Below are positions 47,337 through 59,500 of a stretch of 64,000 nucleotides of DNA, piece by piece. Within the stretch, counting starts at the first letter, position 1. The number at the start of each line of letters is the position of its first letter. The stretch covers positions 452,538,001 to 452,602,000 of the forward strand of contig NW_027362764.1 of assembly GCF_046119375.1 (NCBI RefSeq), given 5' to 3'. The stretch is from Phyllobates terribilis. Its lineage: Eukaryota. Under the pieces are notes generated by a model. That model was not told where the DNA came from, did not search any database, and was given only the letters and a program-made list of their open reading frames with translations. The translations under genes and the position numbers were made by a program.

Positions 47337-48957
47337 CAGTACAGACCAAAAGTTTGGACACACCTTTTCATTTAAATATTTTTCTGTATTTTCATGACTA
47401 TGAAAATTGTACATTCACACTGAAGGCATCAAAACTATGAATTAACACATGTGGAATTATATACTCAACAAAAAAGTGTGAAACAACTGAAAATATGGCT
47501 TATATTCCAGGTTCTTCAAAGTAGCCACCTTTTGCTTTGATGACTGCTTTGCACACTCTTGGCATTCTCTTGATGAGCTTCAAGAGGTAGTCTCCGGAAA
47601 TGGTCTTCCAACAATCTTGAAGGAGTTCCCAGAGATGCTTAGCACTTGTTGGCCCTTTTGCCTTCAGTCTGCGGTCCAGCTTACCCCAAACCATCTCGTT
47701 TGGGTTCAGGTATGGTGACTGTGGAGGCCAAGTCATCTGGCGTAGCACCCCATCACTCTCCTTCTTGGTCAAATAGCCCTTACACAGCCTGTAGGTGTGT
47801 TTGGGGTCATTGTCCTGTTGAAAAATAAATGATGGTCCAACTAAACGCAAACCGGATGGAATAGCATGCCGCTGCAAGATGCTGTGGTAGCCATGCTGGT
47901 TCAGTATGCCTTCAATTTTGAATAAATACCCAACAGTGTCACCAGAAAAGCACCCCCACATCATCACACCTCCATGCTTCACGGTGGGAACCAGGCATGT
48001 AGAGTCCATCCGTTCACCTTTTCTGCATTGCACAAAGACACGATTGGAACCAAAGATCTCAAATTTGGACTCATCAGACCAAAGCACAGATTTCCACTGG
48101 TCTAATGTCCATTCCTTGTGTTCTTTTTCCCAAACAAGTCTCTTCTGCTTGTTGCCTGTCCTTAGCAGTGGTTTCCTAGCAGCTATTTTACCATGAAGGC
48201 CTGCTGCACAAAGTCTCCTCTTGACAGTTGTTGAAGAGATGTGTCTGCTGCTAGAACTCTGTGTGGCATTGACCTGGTCTCTAATCTGAGCTGCTGTTAA
48301 CCTGCGATTTCTGAAGCTGGTGACTCAGATAAACTTATCCTCAGAAGCAGAGGTGACTCTTGGTTTTTCTTTCCTGGGGCGGTCCTCATGTGAGCCAGTT
48401 TCTTTGTAGCGCTTGATGGTTTTTGCAACTGCACTTTGGGACACTTTCAAAGTTTGACCAATTTTTTGGACTGACTGACCTTCATTTCTTAAAGTAATGA
48501 TGGCCACTCGTTTTTCTTTACTTAGCTGCTTTTTTCTTGCCATAATACAAATTCTAACAGTCTATTCAGTAGGACTATCAGCTGTGTATCCACGTGACTT
48601 CTGCACAACACAACTGATGGTCCCAACCCCATTTATAAGGCAAGAAATCCCACTTATTAAACCTGACAGGGCACACCTGTGAAGTGAAAACCATTTCCGG
48701 TGACTACCTCTTTAAGCTCATCAAGAGAATGCCAACAGTGTGCAAAGCAGTCATCAAAGCAAAAGGTGGCTACTTTGAAGAACCTAGAAAATAAGACATA
48801 TTTTCAGTTGTTTCACACTTTTTTGTTAAGTATATAATTCCACATGTGTTAATTCATAGTTTTGATGCCTTCAGTGTGAATGTACAATTTTCAAAGTCAT
48901 GAAAATACAGAAAAATCTTTAAATGAGAAGGTGTGTCCTAACTTTTGGTCTGTAGTG
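47337..48957 (-). mobile_element. Tc1 family A, copy 3
   Basis: TIRs CAGTACAGACC... with TA on both flanks. Confidence 0.95.
47500..48543 (-). pseudogene. Tc1 family A transposase with a nonsense change at 48325 and small in-frame deletions
   Basis: MARKKQLSKE...; WSDESK; FQQDNDPKH; SPYLNPNEM. Confidence 0.9.
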
Positions 48958-49327
48958 TATATTAGTAGATCTATCTACAAAGTCGGTCACAGAAGATAAA
49001 GGAACATTTTAAATGTCAGTACCCATTAACTGCTAATATAGATTAGTTGCTTTATGAAATTTAACAGTTCAAAACATTTTTTAACAAGGTTTAAATATTT
49101 TTTCCATACTTTTTAAAAACTGTAAATTATTTTTAAGTTATCAATCTGCAGAGGAAATAAGCAAAAAGTGAGCTCTAAATCAAATATGTATTTGATGTGA
49201 TTATGCTTTGTCTTCAAAGTCTTTAAAGTACATTTGCACAAAGTCAGGGATTTTTTAGGATTATAGTCAAGTGTAAGAATAACCAGTTATACCAAACAGG
49301 TGATACTAATCATCATTTTCATATGTA

Positions 49328-50956
49328 CAGTGCATTGTGAAAGTATTTGGCCCCCTCAAACTTTTCTACCTTTTGCCAGATTTCTGGCTTCAAACATAAA
49401 GATATAAAATTCTATTTTTTGGGGGAAGACTCAACAACAAGTGGGACATAATCGTGTAGTGGAACAAAATTTATTGGATATTTTAAACTTTTTTAACAAA
49501 TTAAAACCTGAAAAGTGGGGCGTGCAATATTACTCGGCCCCTTTACTTTCAGTGCAGCAAACTCACTCCAGAAGTTCAGTGAGGATCTCTGAATGATCCA
49601 ATGTTGTCCTAAATGACTGGTAATAATAAATAGAATACACCTGTGTGTAATCAAGTCTCCGTATAAATGCACCTGCTCTGTGATAGTCTCAGGGTTCTGT
49701 TTCAAGTGCAGAGAGCATCATGAAGACCAAGGAACACACCAGGCCGGTCCGAGATACTGTTGTGACAAAGTTTAAAGCCGGATTTGGATACAAAAAGATT
49801 TCCCAAGTTTTAAACATCTCAAGGAGCATTGTGCAAGCGATCATATTGAAATGGAAGGAGTATCAGACCACTGTAAATCTACCAAGAACCGGCCGTCCCT
49901 CTAAACTTTCATCTCGAACAAGAAGACTGATCAGAGATGCCGCCAAAAGGCCCATGATCACTCTGGATGAACTGCAGAGATCTACAGCTGAGGTGGGAGA
50001 GTCTGTCCATAGGACAACAATCAGTCATACACTGCACAAATCTGGCCTTTATGAAAGAGTGGCAAGAAGAAAGCCATTTCTCAAAGATATCCATAAAAAG
50101 TGTAATTTGAAGTTTGCCACCAGCCACCTGGGAGACACACCAAACATGTGGAATAAGGTGCTCTGGTCAGATGAAACTAAAATTAAACTTTTTGGCCACA
50201 ATGCAAAATGTTATGTTTGGTGTAAAAGCAACACAGCTTATCACCCTCAAAACACCATCTCCACTGTCAAACATGGTGGTGGCAACATCATGATTTGGGC
50301 CTGCTTTTCTTCAGCAGGGACAGGGAAGATGGTTAAAATTGATGGCAAGATGGACGGAGCCAAATACAGGACCATTCTGGAAGAAAACCTGTTGGAGTCT
50401 GCAAAAGACCTGAGACTGGGATGGAGATTTATCTTCCAACAAGACAATGATCTCAAGCATAAAGCAAAATCTACAATGGAATGGATAAAAAATAAACATA
50501 TCCAGGTGTTAGAATGGCCAAGTCAAAGTCCAGACCTGAATCCAAACGAGAATCTGTGGAAAGAGCTGAAAACTGCTGTTCAAAAACGCCCTCCATCCAA
50601 CCTCAATGAACTCGAGCTGTTATGCAAGAAAGAATGGGCAATAATTTCATCCTCTCGATGTGCAAAACTGATAGAGACATACCCCAAGCGACTTGCAGCT
50701 GTAATCACAGCAAAAGGTGGCGCTACAAAGTATTAACTCAAGGGGGCCAAATAATATTGCACGTCCCACTTTTCAGTTTTTAATTTGTTAAAAAAGTTTA
50801 AAATATCCAATAAATTTCATTCTACTTCATGATTGTGTCCCACTTGTTGTTGATTCTTCCCAAAAAAATTAGAATTTTATATCTTTATGTTTGAAGCCAG
50901 AAATGTGGCAAAAGTTAGAAAAGTTCGAGGGGGCCAAATACTTTCACAATGCACTG
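49328..50956 (+). mobile_element. Passport-like Tc1 transposon, full length (1629 bp)
   Basis: ~213-bp IR/DR-type TIRs CAGTGCATTGTGAAAGTATTTGGCCCC with TA TSD on both sides. Confidence 0.96.
49720..50736 (+). CDS. Tc1 DD34E transposase, 338 aa, open frame (Passport-like)
   Basis: MKTKEH...GRPSKL...WSDETK...FQQDND...SPDLNPNENLW...KGGATKY; 34 residues between the second D and the E, counted by hand. Confidence 0.93.
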   Translation: MKTKEHTRPVRDTVVTKFKAGFGYKKISQVLNISRSIVQAIILKWKEYQTTVNLPRTGRPSKLSSRTRRLIRDAAKRPMITLDELQRSTAEVGESVHRTTISHTLHKSGLYERVARRKPFLKDIHKKCNLKFATSHLGDTPNMWNKVLWSDETKIKLFGHNAKCYVWCKSNTAYHPQNTISTVKHGGGNIMIWACFSSAGTGKMVKIDGKMDGAKYRTILEENLLESAKDLRLGWRFIFQQDNDLKHKAKSTMEWIKNKHIQVLEWPSQSPDLNPNENLWKELKTAVQKRPPSNLNELELLCKKEWAIISSSRCAKLIETYPKRLAAVITAKGGATKY

Positions 50957-51049
50957 TAGGTTGGAGGAGGCTTAAAACTGGGTGCAAAACTCTGCTACAA
51001 AGATGAGACTGTGAAACACAGTTTCATATCCAAGGTCACACACCACGCC

Positions 51050-51620
51050 AACAAGTGTTCTTCATTGAAGCCTCACTATCGACATGGAAACAGGGCCCAG
51101 AAACTCAGTTATGCACAAATACCTATGAACTAAGGTGTAGCAATTGTAGCAGGTGCTCTGAACTGGATACAATAATGAATGTCTGCAGCCAACAGTGAAG
51201 CATGGTGGTGGTACCTTGAAAGTACGGTGCTGCATATAAGCAAATGCAGTTGGATCAATAATTTCCACAGTTCAGAGAAATACAGGCAGATACTAATCCA
51301 TCATGTAATATTATGAGGCAGGTGTCTTATTGGCTCCAAATGTATTCTGCCACAGGACAACGAAAAGCAATTGTAATTAATAACTATTGACAGACTAAAG
51401 TGGAAAAAGGAGTCCTGGAAATGATTACATGGCTCTCAAAGAGCCCTGATCTCAACATCATTAAGTCTGTCTGGAATTTCATGAAGAGACAGAAGGATTT
51501 GTGCAAGCCTACAAGCAGACCTGTGGCTAGTTCTCCAAAATCTTTGGGAAAAACTCCTTACCGTGTTCATTCAAAAACTGTTTGCAATTGTACATAGAAT
51601 TGATGCTTTTTTAACCCAAA
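51050..51620 (+). mobile_element. Highly degraded Tc1 transposase fragment
   Basis: Plus-strand remnants encoding TVKHGGG and WLSKSPDLNIIKSVW. Confidence 0.65.
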
Positions 51621-52574
51621 AACATTTTCTGGCAGCCCTCTAGAGAACGAATTGTGTAGCTGTGAGACATTCAACCTGCCACTCTATTTTGTTAGAATGA
51701 TGAAAAATGTACCATTTCGCCGATTGGTGGGGTTCCCAGATGTCGTACGCACACAGAGCAATACGTTTTCATTTTTTTTGCAGATAGTTGATATTTAACT
51801 GATCAATTGAGTATCTTTAATTATTGTTGGGAGGCCTGAATTTATTCTTGAATTTTGTATTTATACTGGCATTTGTTTGGTTTGTTGAGTCCATAGTTAC
51901 TGTGTGGTCTATCTTCTGGGGTCTTTTCTAAGGAATGTATTTTTTGAGGAACAGCATTTATTCAGAGGTCTTCTCTGGTGTCCGACTTTCTTTTAGGATT
52001 TCGTCTGAATCTTTATTTAGGAGCTTCATCTGAGTCAATATTTATTCACAGGCTCGTTGTTCTATAATAAATTACAATGCATTCTGCTCTGAGGTCTTTA
52101 TCTTAGAGTCTGGCTTCGGGTTTATAAATGTTGCGATGTGATTAAGGATATATACATGGAATTTAAACTCAATAGGTTAGCAGTGTTTGGTGGCATACCT
52201 GTGTAAGTGATTGGCAAATATTACAAACATTATGTAAAATGCTAATGACACTTATTGGAATCTCAGAATTTCATGTCACCTTTCAAAACTAATTCTCCAC
52301 ATAAAAAGGATTTCTGTACTTAGATACTCTTACCCTAGTTATAGACAAATTATTGTGGTACCAGACTTTCTTGTAGTCTTATAAGGTAAGTAAACCCTGT
52401 ATTTCACTAAAAAGTAACCCTTTCCTTTATGTAGACTAGCAATCATCTTTCCATTAAAAAGGGATCTCTAAGAACCAGATAAAATAGTGTCCCTGATATA
52501 ATTCAAACTATAACCAATCCTAGTCGCATGTCACTACCGGTTGCAGATTGAATACATACAACTCCAAAGACCTA

Positions 52575-52855
52575 TTGTGGGAAAAATAAGTATTTGATAC
52601 ACTGATGATTTTGCAAGTTTTTCCACCTACAAAGAATGGAGAGGTCTGTAATTTTTATTGTGTGTACACGTCAACTGTAAGAGACAGAATCTAAAAATAA
52701 AAAACAGAAAATCACATTGTATGATTATGTAAATAATTAAATTGCAGTTTATTACATGAACAAGTCATATAATCATCTACCAACCAGCAAGAATTCTGGC
52801 TATCACAGATCTGTTAGTTTTTCTATAAGAAGCCCTCCTACTCTGCACTCATTAC
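52575..52855 (+). mobile_element. Tc1 left-end fragment cut by the hAT insertion at 52856
   Basis: Tc1-type terminus GTGGGAAAAATAAGTATTTGATAC; sequence stops at CTCATTAC. Confidence 0.55.
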
Positions 52856-53769
52856 TAGACATGAGCGGTGTTCGACTCAAACTGCTCGCCAATCTCAAAT
52901 TCGAGCTGTTTTGGGCGGTGTTCGAGCTGTTCGGCGAACACGAACAATTTGAAAAAAATTTGGCTGTTCGAGATTATGCTCGATAACTGTTCGTGCACCA
53001 AAATCATAACTGGATTTTTCTCAGTAATACTGAAAATTAATGTTAATACGCAGTTTGAGTGTTCAGCAGGGCAGGGGGAGGGGCAGGGGATGGATCTCTG
53101 CATAAATAATGAAGATTTCCATTTTTTTTTCTCTTTCCCGCATTTACAGTGGGGAGGTGCAATCTGTCAGCCTATCAGCAGCGCACACACGGAGCGAACT
53201 GCTTTTTTTCACACAAGCAAGGGCATGTGTCATTGGCAGTGTATGTCACATGTCCTTGCCCTATAAGACCCAGCCATTTTCCACATAGCCACCATTTTCT
53301 CACTGCTGCAGCTGCGTGTTAGACGCCACCGCTGTTGCTGTGTGCGCTATACTTTGAGTGTTAATTTCCAGCCAATTTTCGCACAAATCTACAGATAGCT
53401 TCGGAGTAGGGAACAGTTGTGATTGCAGTCCTTTTGAGGACTAGGTTACATCATTTCCTATGACTTTTATCAGGCAGGTCTGTGCTCTTAAATAGATAGG
53501 TTGGGAGTAAAGACTAATTGTAATTGCAGTCTTTTTGAGGGCTAGGTTACATCAGTTCCTATCACTTTTTGCCAGGCAGGTCTGTGTCAGTGCTGGGCAA
53601 GTTTTTTTTCACAGCATTTGGCTAAATCTAGCTTAGCAAATCCTTTTTGGCCTCTTTAAGTGTGTGTTAGTCAGTGGAGTAGCCTATCTGTGTTGCAAGC
53701 TACACCACCTGTGCATAGAATACAAATTATTTTACTGCACCTAGCCAAGTAAAACCTTTTGGGCATAGC

Positions 53770-54285
53770 ATCATTCTATTAGTCCATCTAAACTAACCTC
53801 GATCAGGTTTCAAATTCAAAATAATTTTTATCTGCATCTAGCTCTGAAAAAATATTTGGGCTTGAAGCAGTGTGTGGGACTTGTTCTATTAGTCCATCTA
53901 TACTAACCTCCACCAGGTTGCAAATTCAAAATAATTTTTATCTGCATCTAGCTCTGAAAAAATATTTTGGCTTGTAGCAGTGTGTGGGAATTGTTCTATT
54001 AGTCCATCTATAGTAACCTCCACCAGGTTGCAAATTCAAAATAATTTTTATCTGCATCTAGCTCTGAAAAAATATTTGGGCTTGTAACATTGTGTGGGAT
54101 TTGTTCTATTAGTCCATCTATACTAACCTCCACCAGGTTGCAAATTCAAAATAATTTTTATCTGCATCTAGCTCTGAAAAAATATTTGGGCTTGTAGCAG
54201 TGTGTGGTACTCATTGTATTAGGCCATCTATACCAAGCTCCACAAGCTTTGAAATTAATAATAATTTTTAGCTGCATCTAGCCCG
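53770..54285 (+). repeat. 110/111-bp satellite, about 5 monomers, inside hAT copy 2
   Basis: Same monomer as 41125-43170. Confidence 0.93.
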
Positions 54286-54294
54286 GAAAATAAT

Positions 54295-56330
54295 TTTTCT
54301 TCCCAATAGTAGTAGCAATAGAAATATGGGGCGCACGCCTGGCTAACAAAAATATACGCTTCATAACAAAAAACACCAGCCTAGCGCATTGCATTAATAA
54401 GATGGCATCATCGTCTCTCCCAGTGATAGGCCTACTACGCCGGCTAGCATTACTGTGCCTAAAACACAATGTATGGGTCCGAGCTAGCCACGATGCTGAG
54501 GGGTCTAACGCTGCTGCTAACGCTTTATCACAATTCAATTGGCAGATTGTCACAGAGCTCCTCCCCAACGCCCACCCATCGGGCAACAGTTGCCCACCCT
54601 CCCTATGGGATCTAGTGGCGAATAGTTGATGCCATTAATCAGAGCGTCAGTTGCCCCGTCGACGTGGCAAGCATACGGTAAGGCATGGGAAGAGTGGACA
54701 CGACTAGTAGCAGGCAGACGGGTTGACCAAGCCAGATTACAAGTCACCATAGAATTTCTCCACCCGCTAATGATGAGGGGCATATCAGGGGCGTCAGCGC
54801 AGCGGTGTCTGACCGGAGTAGCATTTCACTTTCAACTACTGAATTGGGGAGATGTGACAAAGTCACTAAAACTGATTTCTCGCATCATATCCCTAACACC
54901 ATTAACATGACACTCACAATTTGAAGCAACACTACTGTCTACTGCATTTGAGATCGCCTTCTTCGGGGCGCTATGCATAAGCGAATTAGTCCCTCAATCC
55001 AAAATTACCACCAGTGGAGGCTTATTACACCAGGACGTAGTCATAGCCAATAATGCAATACGTCTACGCATACGCAAATCGAAAACGGTTCCAGCGGGCA
55101 GGGGCACTTGGGTACTTCTACAACCCACAAACGGTACACTGAGTCAGGTAACAATAGTAAAAACATATATAACCATAAGATCACAAAGTAATTTCTTCCT
55201 ATCACACATTGATGGAACGCCATTATCAAGATACCAGTTCCAAGCTATATTTAATAAATGCCTAACATCGGCAGGTAACCACCCCAAAGATTACGGGACA
55301 CACTCATTCCGCATAGGCGCGGCCATGGAAGCAGCAAGAGCAGGACTGTCAGAAACGGAAGTTCAGAGGATAGGGAGATGGCGATCCACGTGTTTGGCGA
55401 GATGCATAAGACCGGACTTGTTATCCTAACGTGGTTTGTTTCTTTTACAGGTGACACTAACCCAACAGTGTGGGTGATAGGCCACTCGTAAATATATTGG
55501 GCAGAAAAAAGGGAGAAAGTCCGCTCAGGCGGGAGGAAAATAGAGTTTCATAACACATATTTCAACTGGAGAGGTATTAGAGGCCTGCTATGGCCACAGG
55601 TACTAATGGAGGTAATCAAGGTAGGGAGAGAGGCAAGAGGTCCAGTCATCTTAGTTATACAGGCAGGGGGAAATGACCTAGGTCATCACAAGAGCGCATA
55701 ACTAATGGCAATAATGAAACTAGACACTGAGCGCTTCAGAGAATTTTTCACAAAACTAACTATAGTATGGTCAGAGATTGTGCCGACAGCGGTATGGCAA
55801 GGTGCGCGAGACATCACGGCCATCGAACGGACAAGGCGGGTAATAAATATTCGGATGGCAAAATTTAGAAGAGACAGAGGCGGTGTAGTGATACAACACC
55901 GACAACTGGAAGGAGATAAAGCAGGCCTCATACGGCCCGACGGTGTTCACTTAATGGATATTGGACTGGACATATTCCTGTCAGGATCCAGGATGGAGTG
56001 GAAGAAGCGATAAGAGTGATGGATGGGGGTCAGAGTCCTGCATACGAGTATGCAGGATCCTCCGTGGCCTGGAAATAGAAAGGACATGTTGGAGAGTTAC
56101 ACTTGTTGGCCAACTTGTCGGTGTGGAGACCCAGGGCATGCTGCAACAAGCTGAATTAATTTAGAATTAAAATGCCTTTCTAATGCAATGAGTATAAAGA
56201 GTTAATAAAGCTGTGACCGATCCTCACCCATCCAGTTGTAAGAGTTACATTATTGTATTGTCAAGGAAAGGGAGGCGGTAGGAGGGCTGAGCGTCTGGGT
56301 TTGGTTGGGGTTCCCCACAGTCTGCCTAGG
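54295..56330 (+). mobile_element. Second copy of the Ngaro-like cargo (RNase H, YR with an internal deletion, SGNH)
   Basis: Same satellite/RNase H junction as copy 1; HSFRIGAA near 55300; GHS/GGN/DGVH. Confidence 0.88.
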
Positions 56331-56544
56331 CTAGATGCATTTAAAAATTCTTATTAGATACACAGGCGGTGCAGCTTGCTTCGCAGCTGAGCTACTGCGC
56401 CCAAAGCATTGCCTAAGCTAGATGCAGTTAAAAATTCTACGCTGACTAGCAGACACTGAAGCTTTGGAGCAGACCTCTGAGTAAACAGCTCTTCAGACTC
56501 AACCATCTGTGTTACCCCAAGCCATAGTGTATGTAGGTTCTTAC

Positions 56545-59500
56545 TAGAGATGAGCGTTGTTCGACTCGAACTGTTCGCCAATCTCAAATTCGAGCTGTTT
56601 TGGGCGGTGTTCGAGCCGTTCGGCGAACACGAACGATTTGAGAAAAATTCGGCTGTTCGAGGTTCTGTTCGATAACTGTTCGTGCACCAAAATCATAACT
56701 GGATTTTTTCTCAGTAATGATGAAAATTAATGTTAATACGCAGTTTGAGTGTACAGTGGGGCGGGGGGAGGGGCAGGGGATGGATCTCTGTAGGAATAAT
56801 GAAGATCTCCATTTTTTTTCTCTTTCCCGCATTTACAGTGGGGAGGTGCAATCTGTCAGCCTATCAGCAGCGCACACACGGAGCGAAGTGCTTTTTTTCA
56901 CACAAGCAAGGGCATGTGTCATTGGCAGTGTATGTCACATGTCCTTGCCCTATAAGACCAAGCCATTTTCCCAGTCGCCACCATTTTCTCACTGCTGCAG
57001 CTGCGTGTTAGACGGCACCGCTGTTGCTGTGTGCGCTATACCTTGTTAATTTCAAGCCAATTTTCGCACAAATCTACAGATAGCTTGGGAGTAGGGAATA
57101 GTTGTGATTGCAGTCCTTTTAAGGACTGGGTTACAGCATTTCCTATGACTTTTACCAGGCAGGTCTGTGCCAGTGCTGTGCAAGTTTTTTTCACAGCATT
57201 TGGCTGAATCTAGCAAAGCTAATCCTTTTTGGCCTATTGCAGAGTGTGTTAGTCAGTGGAGTAGCCTATCTGTGTTGCAAGATATACCACCTCTGTATAG
57301 AATACCAATTTTTTTACTGCACCTAGTGAAGTAAAATCTTTTGGGCATAGCATCATTCTATTAGTCCATGTATACTGACCTCCATCAGGTTGCAAATTGA
57401 ATATAATTTTTTTCTGCATCTAGCTCTGAAAAAATATTTGGGCTTCTAGCAGTGTGTGGGACTTGTTCTATTAGTCCATCTATACTGACCTCCATCAGGT
57501 TGCAAACTGAATATAATTTTTTTCTGCATCTAGCTCTGAAAAAATATTTGGCCTTCTGGCAGTGTGTGGGACTTGTTCTATTAGTCCATCTATACTGACC
57601 TCCATCACGTTGCAAATTCAAAATAATTTTTTGTCTGCATCTTGCTCTGAAAAAATATTTGGCCTTCTAGCAGTGTGTGGGACTTTCTCTATTAGTCCAT
57701 CAATACTGACCTCCATCAGGTTGCAAATTAAAAATATTTTTTTGTCTGCATCTAGCTCTGAAAAAATATTTGGCCTTCTAGCAGTGTGTGGGACTTTCTC
57801 TATTAGTCCATCTATACTGACCTCCATCAGGTTGCAAATGAAAAATAATTTTTTGTCTGCATCTAGCTCTGAAAAAATATTTGGCCTTCTAGCAGTGTGT
57901 GGGACTTTCTCTATTAGTCCATCTATACTGACCTCCATCAGGTTGCAAACTGAATATATTTTTTTTCTGCATCTACCTCTGAAAAAATATTTGGGCTTCT
58001 AGCAGTCTGTGGGACTTGTTCTATTAGTCCATCTATACTGACCTCCATTAGGTTGCAAATTGAAAATAATTTTTAACTGCATCTACCTCTGAAAAAATAT
58101 TTGGGCTTCTAGCTGTGTGTGGGACTTGTTCTATTAGTCCATCTATACTGACCTCCATCAGGTTGCAAACTGAATATAATTTTTTCTGCATTTAGCTCTG
58201 AAAAAATATTTGGCCTTCTAGCAGTGTGTGGGACTTTCTCTATTAGTCCATCTATACTGACCTACATCAGGTTGCAAATTGAATATAATTTTTTGTCTGC
58301 ATCTAGCTCTGAAAAAATATTTGGCCTTCTAGCAGTGTGTGGGACTTTCTCTATTAGTCCATCTATACTGACCTCCATCAGGTTGCAAACTGAATATATT
58401 TTTTTTCTGCATCTACCTCACAAAAAATATTTGGGCTTCAAGCTGTGTGTGGGACTTGTTCTATTAGTCCATCTATGCTGACCTCCATAAGGTTGCAAAC
58501 TGAATATAATTTTTTTCTGCATCTACCTCTGAAAAAATATTTGGGCTTCTAGCTGTGTGTGGGACTTGTTCTATTAGTCCATCTATACTGACCTACATCA
58601 GGTTGCAAACTGAATATAATTTTTTTCTGCATCTAGCTCTGAAAAAATATTTGGCCTTCTAGCAGTGTGTGGAACTTGTTCTATTAGTCCACTTATACTG
58701 ACCTCCATCAGGTTACAAATTCTAAATAATTTTTTGTCTGCATCTAGCTCTGAAAAAATATTTGGCCTTCTAGCAGTGTGTGGGACTTTCTCTATTAGTC
58801 CATCTATACTGACCTCCATCAGGTTGCAAATTGAATATAATTTTTTTCTGCATCTAGCTCTGAAAAAATATTTGGCCTTCTGGCAGTGTGTGGGACTTGT
58901 TCTATTAGTCCATCTATACTGACCTCCATCACGTTGCAAATTCAAAATAATTTTTTGTCTGCATCTTGCTCTGAAAAAATATTTGGCCTTCTAGCAGTGT
59001 GTGGGACTTTCTCTATTAGTCCATCAATACTGACCTCCATCAGGTTGCAAATTAAAAATATTTTTTTGTCTGCATCTAGCTCTGAAAAAATATTTGGCCT
59101 TCTAGCAGTGTGTGGGACTTTCTCTATTAGTCCATCTATACTGACCTCCATCAGGTTGCAAACTGAATATATATTTTTTCTGCATCTACCTCTGAAAAAA
59201 TATTTGGGCTTCTAGCTGTGTGTGGGACTTTTTCTATTAGTCCATCTATACTGACCTCCATCAGGTTGCAAACTGAATATAATTTTTTTCTGCATCTAGC
59301 TCTGAAAAAATATTTGGCCTTCTAGCAGTGTGTGGGACTTGTTCTATTAGTCCACCTATACTGACCTCCATCAGGTTGCAAATTCAAAATAACTTTTTGT
59401 CTGCATCTAGCTCTGAAAAAATATTTGGCCTTCTAGCAGTGTGTGGGACTTTCTCTATTAGTCCATCTATACTGACCTCCATCAGGTTGCAAATTGAATA

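Larger units (their letters stand above)
52856..56544 (-). mobile_element. hAT family 1, copy 2 (inverted, right-end part), interrupted by copy 3
   Basis: TIR TAGACATGAGCG; collinear reverse complement of 38790-44085 with a different flank. Confidence 0.92.

Noticed and set aside
51620-52560. Possible degraded retroelement on the minus strand
   Set aside because: Only vague compositional resemblance; no diagnostic RT or endonuclease motif could be read.
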